A DNA stretch of 64,000 bases from an uncultured Acidobacteriota bacterium (GTDB lineage: Bacteria > Acidobacteriota > JAQAZP01). This document shows positions 7,895 to 19,829 of this stretch, piece after piece. The stretch spans positions 3,360,001 through 3,424,000 of the forward strand of contig CAWIIB010000009.1 in NCBI GenBank assembly GCA_963836075.1, written 5' to 3'. Below the pieces are notes generated by a model. That model saw only the letters and a program-made list of their open reading frames with translations, searched no databases and was not told the origin of the DNA. The position numbers and the translations under genes are program-made. How positions within the stretch are numbered: the stretch's first letter is position 1; every line of letters begins with the position of its first letter.

Positions 7895-8789
7895 GGACAG
7901 ACTGCTCACGCCGATCTACCTGCGGACGAGCGAGGAGATGCACTGGCCGGAGGACACGGTGTTTTACATGCTCACCGGCAGCGGTCTCTTTCTCTGCCGC
8001 AACAACGAGCACTTCCGCAGCTGTGTTCCGGCCCGCGGCTGGCCCGGGGAACTGCCCGGTCAGGAAAAGTTCCTCGATCTGCACTATCCCCGGCTGCCCC
8101 GGCGGCTGCTGGAACGGGCGGTGGGCTTTTTCGAAGCGGTGGGGCGCAAACACGATGCGGAAGCGGCACTGCTCCTGGCCTGGGACAGCGAGCGCGAGGT
8201 TTACCGCCTGGTGATTCCCCGGCAGCGTTGTACCGTGTACCTCAACTGGCAGGGGGACACCTCGCCCCAGGGCGTGCACTACGACCTTCCGGAACGCGTG
8301 CCCGAGACCTGGATCATTGTTGGCGACATCCACAGCCACGTCGATTTTTCGGCATACTCCTCGGCCACCGACCAGCACGACGAGCACTACCGCACTGGTC
8401 TGCACATCGTGGTGGGCCGCATCTACGACGAGCCGCCCCAGTTTCATGTGGAAGCCACGGTGGACGGTATGCGCTTTCCCGTCCAGCCGGAGGATATTTT
8501 CGAGGGCTACGATTCCCGGAGAAGCGATTTCCCCGAGCAGTGGTTCGACTGGCTGAAGATCGAACTCGGTTCCGCTTTCACATACTCGGACAGCAGCAAA
8601 TGGAGTTCCGGCACTGGTTCCTCCGGCTGCAGCGGCCATGGCCACACGGCCTGTTCACCGATGCCGGCCCCCCGGGGCGGTACCACCGGTTATTCGGTCG
8701 CTCCGCTGGAAACGTATCGCAGTTCGGGAAACGGCGGGAAAAAGAAGGGCGGTGGCCGCAACCGTGACGGCCGGGGGAAACGTCGATGA
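7881..8789 (+). CDS. Prokaryotic JAB peptidase (PRTRC protein A-like)
   Basis: EAALLL...VGDIHSHVDFSAYSSATDQHDE...GLHIVVGRI is a canonical E/HxH/SxxD JAMM motif. Low-complexity basic tail. Confidence 0.85.
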   Translation: MNCSEDRLLTPIYLRTSEEMHWPEDTVFYMLTGSGLFLCRNNEHFRSCVPARGWPGELPGQEKFLDLHYPRLPRRLLERAVGFFEAVGRKHDAEAALLLAWDSEREVYRLVIPRQRCTVYLNWQGDTSPQGVHYDLPERVPETWIIVGDIHSHVDFSAYSSATDQHDEHYRTGLHIVVGRIYDEPPQFHVEATVDGMRFPVQPEDIFEGYDSRRSDFPEQWFDWLKIELGSAFTYSDSSKWSSGTGSSGCSGHGHTACSPMPAPRGGTTGYSVAPLETYRSSGNGGKKKGGGRNRDGRGKRR

Positions 8790-9616
8790 GCGGGGTCGGG
8801 AGGGAACAGGTGGTTCTGATGCCCGCTCTGGCCGACCACACGGCGGTCAAAATCATCGGTCTGGGCGGAGTGGGCGGCATCGTGGCCCGCTACCTGTCCA
8901 TCTTCCTCGCCTCGCTGGACCGCGACCTGCGGCTGGTGCTCATCGACGGCGACGAGTTCGAGCCGTCCAATGCCACACGGATGCTGTTCTCCGATCACGG
9001 CAACAAGGCCGCGGTCACTCGCGCCGAACTCCGGGAACGCTTTGCCGACACGTCCCTCATGCTGACTGCCGTGGAGCAGTATGTGAAGCCGGACAACATT
9101 CACCGCCTGATTCAGAATGATGACGTGGTCATCCTGGCCGTGGACAACCACGCCACGCGAAAGCTGGTCAGCGAGCACTGCCGGAGCCAGTTGAACGACG
9201 TGTGCCTGATCTCGGGGGGGAATGACGGCGTGGGCCCCGACGGGTCGGGTTCCCGGCGGCGGGGCACATACGGCAACTGCCAGATTTATTTGCGCCGGGG
9301 CGGCCGGGATCTATGTCCCCCGATCACCCGGTATCATCCCGAGATCCGGGAACCGGCGGATCACAGCCCCGCCGAGGAGAACTGCACCGAACTGATCAAG
9401 TCGGTGCCGCAGATCCTGTTCGCTAACCTGGCCGCGGCATCGGCCATCCTCAACGCCTTCTGGCTCCATTGCTGCTCCGCGCTGCACTACAGCGAACTCA
9501 GCTTCGACATTGCCGATGGTCTGATGCGGCCCATGCCCCTGCCGGCCCCTCTCGTCATCGCGAGGAGCCCGAAGGGTGAAGCGGCGCTCTCTTCGGATGT
9601 CTTTCCGGTTCAATGA
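8786..9616 (+). CDS. ThiF-family E1 adenylyltransferase (PRTRC-type)
   Basis: IIGLGGVGG, IDGDEFEPSNATRM, NKA, AVDNHATR; candidate catalytic Cys in EENCTE followed by PQILFAN. Confidence 0.9.
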   Translation: MSGVGREQVVLMPALADHTAVKIIGLGGVGGIVARYLSIFLASLDRDLRLVLIDGDEFEPSNATRMLFSDHGNKAAVTRAELRERFADTSLMLTAVEQYVKPDNIHRLIQNDDVVILAVDNHATRKLVSEHCRSQLNDVCLISGGNDGVGPDGSGSRRRGTYGNCQIYLRRGGRDLCPPITRYHPEIREPADHSPAEENCTELIKSVPQILFANLAAASAILNAFWLHCCSALHYSELSFDIADGLMRPMPLPAPLVIARSPKGEAALSSDVFPVQ

Positions 9617-9657
9617 GATTGCTTCGTCGCCGTCTTCGACGGCTCCTCGCAATGACA
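9554..9657. repeat. Inverted pair of REP-like palindromic elements
   Basis: 9554-9591 (gtcatcgcgaggag-ccc-gaa-ggg-tgaagcggcgctctc) and a reverse-oriented copy at 9615-9657. A further degenerate copy lies at about 9684-9723. Confidence 0.75.
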
Positions 9658-9735
9658 GCGAGAGAACGAATGTTTCTTCCGCTGACTTCCCGTGGCCCCC
9701 GAGGGGCGGGGACTCGCAATGAGCTGCGCAGGGTG

Positions 9736-10500
9736 TCAGCCGTCGAGGAGGATACTTGAGCAGGTGAGCCCCGATTCGGCCTTGAGCAGCTCGGAGATGT
9801 CCACCGTCTTCACCTGGAAACCTGCCGCGCGGACTGCGGAGATGGTCCGCCCGAACTCCCGGTGGAGGCAGACAAAGCGGCCGGCCCGGAGGGCGTTGGC
9901 CGCCTCGGCTTCGTCGTCATCCACTGGAATGACGGTGAAACCGGCGAAGGGGCCGGGGTCGAAAAGGCCCTGGCGGGCCAGCAGGGTCTGGTCGTCCAGA
10001 GCGGAGACCGCCGACTTGAGGTGCAGGCAGCCTTTCATGGTCACCGGGACCACCGTGTAGCCGTGGGGCGACAGCAGGCGGGACAACTGGTCGATCCCGT
10101 CCTGGTTGGTGCGCGCGGAGAGGCCGACATAGAGGGTCCGGCCCACACGGAGCACGTCGCCGCCTTCCAGGGTGCCCGGCTCCACGATCCGTTCCAGCGG
10201 TCGGTAACCGGCCAGCACCGGCTCAATACCGGCCACCTCACCGCGCCGGGACAGGACGCCCGGCCGGGCAAGCACGGCCAGTTCATCCACCACCACTGCC
10301 GTGTCCTCGATGAACGTGCAGTCGGGGTGCGCAATGTTGACATCGGTTTCCAGCACCTGGTACCCGCAATCCTCGAGCATCCGGCGGTAGCCGGCATGCT
10401 GGGCCCGTGCCAGTTCGAGGTTGATCGGCTCCCGTCGGCGGAAGCTCAGCTCGCAGCGGTTGATCCGGGGTGAGACCACGTGGGTCAGGGCAATATTCAT
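9736..10500 (-). CDS. Dimethylarginine dimethylaminohydrolase (amidinotransferase family)
   Basis: HPDCTFIEDTAVV, RRGE, LEGGDVL, LHLKSA, C-terminal GLTCSS catalytic Cys. Confidence 0.9.
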   Translation of the reverse strand: MNIALTHVVSPRINRCELSFRRREPINLELARAQHAGYRRMLEDCGYQVLETDVNIAHPDCTFIEDTAVVVDELAVLARPGVLSRRGEVAGIEPVLAGYRPLERIVEPGTLEGGDVLRVGRTLYVGLSARTNQDGIDQLSRLLSPHGYTVVPVTMKGCLHLKSAVSALDDQTLLARQGLFDPGPFAGFTVIPVDDDEAEAANALRAGRFVCLHREFGRTISAVRAAGFQVKTVDISELLKAESGLTCSSILLDG

Positions 10501-12407
10501 GGGGTATCTCCGGAACCTTCGCCGGCCTCCCGTTTCAATTCCAGCTCCTGCCAGCGGTCGTAGACCGCAGCCAGTTCCGTCTCCAGCTCAGCCAGCCGGG
10601 CGGTGTCCCGGGCAATCTCTCCGGCCGGGGAGCGGTAGTAGTCCTGCTCCTCCATCCGGGTAAAGAGCCCCTGCTGCTCCCGCTCCAGCTTCTCGATCCG
10701 ATCGGGCAGGGCGTCCAGCTCCCGCTGGTCCTTGTAGCCCAGCTTGCCCGGCTTTGTCTTGCGTGGCGGGCGGGGGTGTGCGGCTTTTTTGGCCGCGGCG
10801 GCGGGTGCCGCGGCGGCGGGTGGCCGCTGGCGCAGCCAGTCGTCATACCCGCCCACGTATTCGGTCACCCGGCCCTGGCCTTCAAAGACCATGGTGCTGG
10901 TCACCACGTTGTTCAGAAACGTCCGGTCGTGGCTCACCAGCAGCAGTGTGCCGCTGTACTCCATGAGCAGCTCCTCCAGCAGTTCGAGGGTCTCCAGGTC
11001 GAGGTCATTGGTCGGCTCGTCCAGCACCAGTACGTTGGAGGGACGGGCCAGGAGCCGGGCCAGGAGCAGACGGCTCCGTTCGCCGCCGGAGAGGGCATTC
11101 ACCGGAGTGTTGGCCCGTTCGGGAGAGAAGAGAAAGCGTTGCAGGTAGCCCATCACCTGGTGCTGCCGGCCGCCGAGGGTGAATACATCGGCGCCACCGG
11201 CGATATTGTCCTTCACCGAGCGGTTTTCTTCCAACTGCTCCCGCAACTGGTCGAACCGGGACACTTCGAGATTCACCCCGTGCCGGACATGGCCCTGATC
11301 CGGGGGCAGCAGGCCCAGCAGCAGGCCGAGCAGGGTGGTTTTGCCCGAGCCGTTGGGCCCGATCAGCCCCACCCGGTCACCGCGCATCACGAGGGTGGAA
11401 AAATCGTGCACCACCGGATTGCCGTCCCAGGCGTAGGAGATTCCCCGGGCCTCGAAGACCAGCTTACCGGTGCGCTGCGCCTCTTCCACCAGCATATCCA
11501 CCGTACCGGTCTGTTCCCGGCGGGCTTCCCGCTGAGCGCGCATCGTCTCCAGGGCGCGGACCCGCCCCTCGTCCCGTGTCCGGCGGGCCTTTATGCCCTT
11601 GCGGATCCACTGTTCCTCTCTGGCCAGGCGCCGGTCGAACTCGGCGTTACGGCCCTCTTCGGCCTCCAGATCCTCGGCCCGGCGTTTGAGGAAGGTACTG
11701 TAATCGCAGTTCCAGTCGTGGATTGTCCCCCGGTCCAGTTCCACCACCCGGGTGGCCAGCCGGCTGAGAAAGGCGCGGTCGTGGCTGACGAAGAGCAGCG
11801 CGGATGTCGAATCGGCCAGGAACTGCTCCAGCCAGGTGATGGTGGCCAGGTCGAGGTGGTTGGTGGGCTCGTCCAGCAGCAGCAGGTCCGGTTCGCTCAC
11901 CAGGGCCCGGGCCAGCAGCGCCCTGCGGGTCAGACCGGCGGAGAGGCTGGAGCAGGGGGCGTCGGGGTCGAGGCTCATTCTGGAGATCACCCGGTCCGCC
12001 TTTTGCCGGACCTGCCAGCCGTCTTCGCTGTCCAGTTGCTGTTGCACCTCGGCCAGGCGGTCCATGGCTCCGCCGCCCGACTCCAGTTCGCTGCTCAAGC
12101 GGCGATACTCGGCGAGCAGTTCGCCCGTCGGTCCGAGGCCGGTGGTGACCAGGTCGTGGAGCGTTCCTTCGAGGCTCAGTGGCACGTCCTGGGCCAACAG
12201 GGCCGTGGTCAGGCCCTGGCGGCGGGCCACCGCACCGCCATCGGGCTTCAACTGGCCGTCAATGAGCCTCATCAGGCTGGTTTTTCCGGCACCGTTGCGG
12301 CCCAGCAGGCAGACCCGTTCCCCCTCGCTGATCCGCAGGTTGGCTCCCTCGAGCAGCCGCGGACCGCCAAAGGCGAGATCCACGTTCTGGAGACTGGTCA
12401 GCCACAT
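10497..12407 (-). CDS. uup: ABC-F family ATPase Uup
   Basis: Two ABC domains (GRNGAGKT, GPNGSGKT, LLDEPTN), WIRKGIKARRTRDEGRVRAL linker, C-terminal KLGYKDQREL coiled coil. Confidence 0.9.
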   Translation of the reverse strand: MWLTSLQNVDLAFGGPRLLEGANLRISEGERVCLLGRNGAGKTSLMRLIDGQLKPDGGAVARRQGLTTALLAQDVPLSLEGTLHDLVTTGLGPTGELLAEYRRLSSELESGGGAMDRLAEVQQQLDSEDGWQVRQKADRVISRMSLDPDAPCSSLSAGLTRRALLARALVSEPDLLLLDEPTNHLDLATITWLEQFLADSTSALLFVSHDRAFLSRLATRVVELDRGTIHDWNCDYSTFLKRRAEDLEAEEGRNAEFDRRLAREEQWIRKGIKARRTRDEGRVRALETMRAQREARREQTGTVDMLVEEAQRTGKLVFEARGISYAWDGNPVVHDFSTLVMRGDRVGLIGPNGSGKTTLLGLLLGLLPPDQGHVRHGVNLEVSRFDQLREQLEENRSVKDNIAGGADVFTLGGRQHQVMGYLQRFLFSPERANTPVNALSGGERSRLLLARLLARPSNVLVLDEPTNDLDLETLELLEELLMEYSGTLLLVSHDRTFLNNVVTSTMVFEGQGRVTEYVGGYDDWLRQRPPAAAAPAAAAKKAAHPRPPRKTKPGKLGYKDQRELDALPDRIEKLEREQQGLFTRMEEQDYYRSPAGEIARDTARLAELETELAAVYDRWQELELKREAGEGSGDTP

Positions 12408-12434
12408 GGGTCTGGTTGAACGCTCGGTATCGGG

Positions 12435-14120
<1,686 letters not shown>

Positions 14121-14272
14121 TGGTGTTTCCTGATAGTAGGTGGTGAAAAAGCTTTCAGACGATTGCCAGGGGCCTTCTTATACCCTGTTTCGCCGCATGG
14201 ATACCAGTGGCTGGCGGATGGCGGAAGCCCGGTGTGCAGTTCGGGTGTCGGGTGGGGGACGCCGGCCGGCAG

Positions 14273-14608
14273 TCAGTTGCCCTTGCCGGTCTCCCGTTTG
14301 AGGATCCGGTTGGAGATCCGGAAGTGGGAACCGCTCCAGGCCGCCTTGCCGTCACGGACCACGATCACCTGGGGTGAGTGGTGCTCAACGCCAAGACGCC
14401 CGGCCACCTCTTGGGCAAGATCTTTCCCTTCAACGGAATCCAACTGGTAGACCGCGACCTCCGGGTGCTCGGTGGCAAACTCGCGCACCTGCCGTTCAGC
14501 CTTGGTACAGATCCAGCAGCGGCTACTGTGCTTGTAGATCACCGACAGCTCGGCGTCGAGGGCCTCGTCCAGTGTTTCTTCGTTGACCAGCGGTTTCAAC
14601 GGCATCAC
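14273..14608 (-). CDS. YtxJ/DUF2847-like thioredoxin-fold protein
   Basis: KHSSRCWIC and GVEHHSPQVIVVRDGKAAWSGSH motifs. Confidence 0.8.
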   Translation of the reverse strand: MMPLKPLVNEETLDEALDAELSVIYKHSSRCWICTKAERQVREFATEHPEVAVYQLDSVEGKDLAQEVAGRLGVEHHSPQVIVVRDGKAAWSGSHFRISNRILKRETGKGN

Positions 14609-14676
14609 GGGGCTCCTCCTTTCGGTTGCACGGCGGCGGGGGGGGGAGGGTTCTCCGGGATCCGCGCCGCACTGGA

Positions 14677-15162
14677 TCAGGCCTCGGTGATGGTCACCGA
14701 GGTCAAGGTATCGTTCTGCTGGATTGCGTCAACCACATCCTCGCCGCTGGTCACCTTGCCGAAGACCTTGTGGTGGCCGTCGAGGTGCGGCTGAGGCGAG
14801 TGGGTGATGAAGAACTGGCTGCCGTTGGTGTTCGGTCCGGCGTTGGCCATGGAGATCACGCACCTTTCGTGCTTCAGGTCTCCGGGGCCGAACTCGTCAT
14901 TGAAGCGGTAGCCGGGGCCACCTCGGCCGGTGCCGGTGGGGTCGCCGCCCTGAACCATGAAGTTGGCGATCACCCGGTGAAAGACCAGGTTGTCATAGAA
15001 CCCCTCACGGGCCAGAAAGACAAAGTTGTTCACCGCGGTGGGTGCCGCTTTGGGGTCCAGAGCCAGCTGGATCGTGCCCCGACTGGTTTCCATAGTTGCC
15101 TGATAGGTCTTGTCGGCATCGATCTGCATTGCCGGTGGATTGCTCCACTGCTTGGGAGGCAT
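14677..15162 (-). CDS. Cyclophilin-type peptidyl-prolyl cis-trans isomerase
   Basis: [36 protein letters not shown]. Confidence 0.95.
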   Translation of the reverse strand: MPPKQWSNPPAMQIDADKTYQATMETSRGTIQLALDPKAAPTAVNNFVFLAREGFYDNLVFHRVIANFMVQGGDPTGTGRGGPGYRFNDEFGPGDLKHERCVISMANAGPNTNGSQFFITHSPQPHLDGHHKVFGKVTSGEDVVDAIQQNDTLTSVTITEA

Positions 15163-15363
15163 GGGTTTTCCCTTTCCGTTCGTTGACTATTACACTTTGT
15201 GACTGAGAGCGCGGATATTGTAGCACACCGTTTTTCATTCAGGGAATCCCGGCGCGCACATTTCGGGACCTGACCCCGAAAATGTGCACATGTCGTCCCC
15301 TGGCCTGGGGGTACGGAAAAAAGCCCGAACCGTTCCGATGATCCGGGGCATTTTGAACTGCAG

Positions 15364-15391
15364 GGCCGGCGGTGATTGCTCACCGCCGGCC
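15364..15391 (-). terminator. Stem-loop downstream of tricorn protease gene
   Basis: ggccggcggtga-ttgc-tcaccgccggcc is a 12-bp perfect stem just after the stop at 15400. There is no clear U tract. Confidence 0.45.
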
Positions 15392-15399
15392 ATTGTTGA

Positions 15400-18300
15400 T
15401 CAATAGTCGGATTCGGGCAGGCCCATTCCGGAGCGGTCGGGCCATGCGGGAACCGGGGCCGCCTTGAAAGCGCCGGTCTTCGCTTCCTCGATCATCTGTT
15501 CGATGGCCCGGTCCAGCTGCGGGTCACCGCCGTCCACCATCAGGGCCGGGTCATCCAGCACCTCGATGTCTGGATCCACGCCGTGGCCCTCGATGCCCCA
15601 GGTGCCGTCAATGTCGTAGAAGGCGAAGGACGGGGTGGTCACGCCGGCGCCGTCCAGCAGCGGCGGGCCGCCGCCGATGCCCACCAGACCGCCCCAGGTG
15701 CGGGTGCCGATCAGCTTGCCCAGTTTGTTGTGCTTGAAGAGGTAGGGAAAGTGGTCCCCGCCCGATCCGGCCAGGCCGTTGATCAGCATGCACTTGGGAC
15801 CGTGGTGCGCGTCCTGGGGCCAGACCACCTGGCCCTTGAGGTCACGGACCGACCAGTAGTTGGTGATCGGCCGGTTGAGCAGTTCGATGAAGCGGGTGGG
15901 CACCTGGCCGCCGCCGTTCCAGCGTTCGTCGATGATCAACGCTTCCTTCTCGATCTGGCCCACGAACTGGCGCACCAGTTCACTCTGGCCCTGGATGCCG
16001 GTATTGGGCACGTAGATATAGCCCACCTTGCCGCCCGATTTGCGGTCCACATACTGCCGGTTGGCTTCCACCCAGGCCCGGTAGCGCAGGTCGCCGTCGT
16101 TGCCCAGCAGCTCAACCAGCACCTGGCGGTCATTTTCACCGCTATTCGGCTCTTCGCTCACCGTCAGACGCACGGTCTGCCCGGCCTTGCCCACAAAGGA
16201 GGCCCAGGGGTCGCGATTCGTGTCCACCGGAACGCCGTTAACCGCCAGCAGGTAGTCACCGACCTTGACGTCCACTCCGGGCTGGCTCAGCGGGCCGCGG
16301 GCATCCACGTCCCAGGGGCCGCCCTCGAGAATCAGCGAGATGCGGTAAGCGCCGTCGTTCAACTCGAAGTCACAGCCCAGCATGCCGGTGGGCAGTTGGG
16401 GCGGGTTCTCGTTGTCACCGCCGAAGTAGTAGGTGTGGCCAACGTTCAGCTCGGCGATCAGTTCGCGGAGAATGAAGCCCACGTCCTCGCGGGAGGTGCA
16501 CTCCTCGATGAGCGGGGCATACTGCTCACGGACGGCTTCCCAGTTCAGGCCGTGCATGTTGGGGTCGTAGAAGAAATCGCGCTCGCGGCGCCAGACTTCG
16601 TTGAAGATCTGCCGCCACTCCTCGCGGGGGTTCACCGTGGCCAGCATGCCGCCGGTGGGAACCATCTCCTCCAGCTTCTGGTCCGCAGCGGCGTTGATGA
16701 TCGCCATCGCCCCGCCCTCGTTGACCACCAGCAGCTTCTTGCCGTCGGCGGAAATGTCCACCAGGTTGACCCCGCCGGCCACCGTTTTGACCTTCTCCTT
16801 CTCGTCGTCGAAGTCGAAGAGGTGGATGGTGGGTGGCCCCTGGGTCCCGGGAGCCGGGGCCTTGGCAAAGATCAGCTTGTTTCCGTCGTTGACACAGAGG
16901 CCGAAGAAGGCGCCCTTGTCCATGGGCAGGGCGATGGCCCGCTGTTCGAACCCCTCGAGGTCTATTTTCAAGGGGTCTTCTTCCTCTTCCTCAGCTTCGC
17001 CATCCTTGTCCTTGTCTTCGCCCTCGTCTCCGTCCTTGGCCTCTCCGTCCTCCTTCTCATCGCCGTTTTCGTCCTTCTCCTCCTCGATCTCCTCGTCGTC
17101 GCTCTTCGGGGCCAGCGGGTTTTCCACGTCGGCGTTCAGCGGCACGGCGTAGAGCCGGTCGGTGGCGGTGTAGACCCAGGTGGTGTCCACGTCGGAGTAA
17201 ATCGGACTGCTGAAGTCACGATTGCTGGCGAAAAAGAGAAACTTGCCTTCACGGTCGAAAGTGGGCCAGGTGATGCCGAACATCGTGTCGGTCACCTGGT
17301 GCTTTTTACCGGCGGCCATCTCGTAGAGGAAGATCTGGTTCGGACCGCGAAGGCTGGTGCCGCGGGCCCAGGCCAGCCAGTTGGAGTCGTGGGACCAGCT
17401 GAGGCTGGTTGCTCCCGGGCCCAGCTGTTCCTCGATCACCTTCGCTTCCTTTGATTCAACATTGTAGAGATAGAGTTTGCCGCTTTTTTCCCAGAAGGCG
17501 ATCCACTCGCTGTCCGGGGACCAGTTGGCCGCGAAGTAGTAGGAGGGCGGCAGGTCGGTGACCCTTTCCGCTTCAGCCGGAGCTGTCGGCGGCACTGATG
17601 TAGAGCTGGTATTCACCGGTCCCGTCGGAGAACCAGGCGATCCACTTCTTGTCCGGGCTGAACGTCGGATAGCGCTCGGCGGCACCGCTGGTGCGGGTGA
17701 AGTTCACCGGCGAGCCGTTTTTGGCCGGCAAAGTCCAGACGTCGCCCCGGGCGCCCACGGCAACCCGTTTGCCGGTGGGGGAGAGGGAGCGGCTGAACAG
17801 CGATTCGGAGGCGTCCTTTATCTGGGGACGGATCTGGGGACGGGCGCCGGGGATGGTGACCTGCACCGCAGTGCTGCCGCCACCGGCCAGGTCGAGCAGG
17901 CGCAGCTCGGCGCCCAGCTGGTAGACAATCTGGTTCGGGCCGATGGAAGGCCATTTCACGTCATAGGAGGCGTGGTCGGTCACCTGGGTGCGTGTGCCGT
18001 TCTTCGTATCGTAGGACCAGATGTTCAGCCGGTGTTCCGGGCCGTTGTCCGAGAGGTAGTAGAGGGTATCGCCGTGCCACATGGGGTAGGTGTCGGTACC
18101 TTCCCAGTCGGTGATCTTTTTGGAAGTGTTCTTCTTCAGGTTAATCAGCCAGATATCGGTGGCCATCCCGCCGCGGTAGCGTTTCCAGTTGCGGAAGTCC
18201 CGGGAGTGGGGGGTGTAGGCCAGCCACTTGCCGTCGTCGCTCACCGCGCCGTTGGCGCCGTAGGGCACCGGCATCTTTTCCGGCAGGCCGCCGTCCGCCG

Positions 18301-18739
18301 CCACCGTGAACAGCTCCCTGGTGCGGGGGTTGAGGCCGATACCGCCGGCGTAAAAGATCAGTTCACCGTCCGGGGTCCAGTCGCAGAGCGTCTCGCCGGT
18401 GGGGTGGTGGGTCACCCGGAACGGTTCGCCGCCGGCCACCGGGATGGTGTAGAGGTCCTGGCCACCGTCGTAGTTGCCCATGAAGGCGATGGTCTTGCCG
18501 TCGGGACTGAACTTGGGGAATACCTCGCCCCCGGGCGGGCTGGCCAACGGCACGGCCGTGCCGCCGGTGACCGGGACCAGCCAGAGGTCATTGGAGTAGC
18601 GGAAGACGATATGCGAGTCACTGACATCAGGGAAGCGGATCATTCCGGTGTCCGATGTTCCCGCCCAGGCCGTTGCCCCGGCCAGGGCCAGGATGGTGAT
18701 CAGCAGGGGTATCCCTGTCCAGAACCGTTTTCCGCTCAT
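15400..18739 (-). CDS. Tricorn-like S41 protease (beta-propellers, PDZ, S41 domain), split by an apparent +1 frameshift at ~17575
   Basis: Signal peptide, WKRYRGGMA, DERWNGGG, AGSGGD, GTRTWGGLVG. Removing the base at 17575 joins SAADSSG to EAERVTD. Confidence 0.85.
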
Positions 18740-19130
18740 CTGACGCTCTCCTTTGTTTGATGGCTCCCCGGCCCGATGGCGCCGCAACCCTGCGCCGCCA
18801 CAGTTATGGGGGATCGTCACTCCCCAACCGCCGGCCGGCGGCCGGGAGTCGATTCGTAACATGAGTGAACATACACCGGAGTTCCGCACCCCAGGCTCCA
18901 GGCCGGAAGTCCGCTCTCACCCCGGTATTTCCCTTCTATAACGCAGAAGGAAGCTCCAGGTTCCATTAATGATGGAACGTGTTTGTCTACTATATCAGCA
19001 GTTTACCCTGTGGGGATAGTGAAGCGGGGTTGGTTCAGGTCATGGTCTATTGCTCCTCGCACCGGTCGCGTAACGCTCCGACGTCGCTCGGATGCAACAA
19101 AGCATGATCTGAACTCAATTTTTGGAGTAT

Positions 19131-19706
19131 TTACCAGGGGTTGAGGAAGACCTGGGTGAGGTGGTAAATGTTGCCATCCTTCCAGATACCCACGCCGGTC
19201 TCGCGGAATTCGGAAGTGAGGATGTTGGCCCGGTGCCCGTCGCTCTTCATCCAGCCGTCGATGGCCGTCTCCACCGGGTCGCTGAAGTTGATGTTCTTGG
19301 CGATGTTCTCCGCCACCAGGGCGAAGCGGATTCCTTCGGCGCGTAGCCGGTCGGCCACGTCGTTGCCGGCGGGATCAGAGTGGCCGAAAAATCCGAAACG
19401 GTTCATCCGGAAGCTGAATCCCCGTGAAATCCGGTTGAGGTCCTCGTTGGGCTCCAGGGGATCGAGGGCGTGAAACAGGCGGATGGCATTGATCTCTTCC
19501 AGCAGCCGCTGCTCCATGCCGGCCACCTCCTCAGACTGGGGTCCCCCTCCCGCCGGCCGGGTAATGGTGACCGCTTCGGCGGAGCGGCTGCTCAACTGGC
19601 TGTGGCTTCCCCCGGCCGACACGGGCGGGCCGGCCAGGAACAGCGCTGCCAGGATCAGCATCGCTGCGGCCGAAACCATTCGGATCGGTTGTGCTCTATC
19701 GATCAT
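19131..19706 (-). CDS. CAP/SCP-like extracellular domain protein
   Basis: FFGHSDP, AENIA, GWMKSDGHRANIL, TQVF; signal-peptide-like N-terminus. Start uncertain. Confidence 0.85.
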   Translation of the reverse strand: MIDRAQPIRMVSAAAMLILAALFLAGPPVSAGGSHSQLSSRSAEAVTITRPAGGGPQSEEVAGMEQRLLEEINAIRLFHALDPLEPNEDLNRISRGFSFRMNRFGFFGHSDPAGNDVADRLRAEGIRFALVAENIAKNINFSDPVETAIDGWMKSDGHRANILTSEFRETGVGIWKDGNIYHLTQVFLNPW

Positions 19707-19774
19707 CGATCCCTCCCAGTGACATTCCCTCTCTAATTTTGCCACAGGTGAGCGAATCCAGCTGACCGAAGTAC

Positions 19775-19804
19775 AAAAAAAGGCCGCCGGAAGTTCCGGC
19801 GGCC
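19775..19804 (-). terminator. Rho-independent terminator
   Basis: ggccgccgg/ccggcggcc stem followed by T7 on the minus strand, downstream of the DUF4097 gene. Confidence 0.85.
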
Positions 19805-19829
19805 GGCTGTCGGTTCCCGCTTCCCGGGA

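Noticed and set aside
4637-7909. 1090-aa minus-strand ORF
   Set aside because: Antisense shadow of the ATPase, Ubl and E2 genes in high-GC DNA, with no recognisable motifs.
385-9616. Interpretation as thiamine/molybdopterin/cysteine sulfur-carrier biosynthesis or a RiPP cluster
   Set aside because: No ThiG/MoaE/cysteine synthase/YcaO genes are present. Two E2-like proteins and a RING finger favour protein conjugation.
17570-17580. TGA in tricorn gene as selenocysteine/readthrough or programmed frameshift
   Set aside because: The downstream part is in another frame, there is no slippery site, and a single-base insertion explains it.
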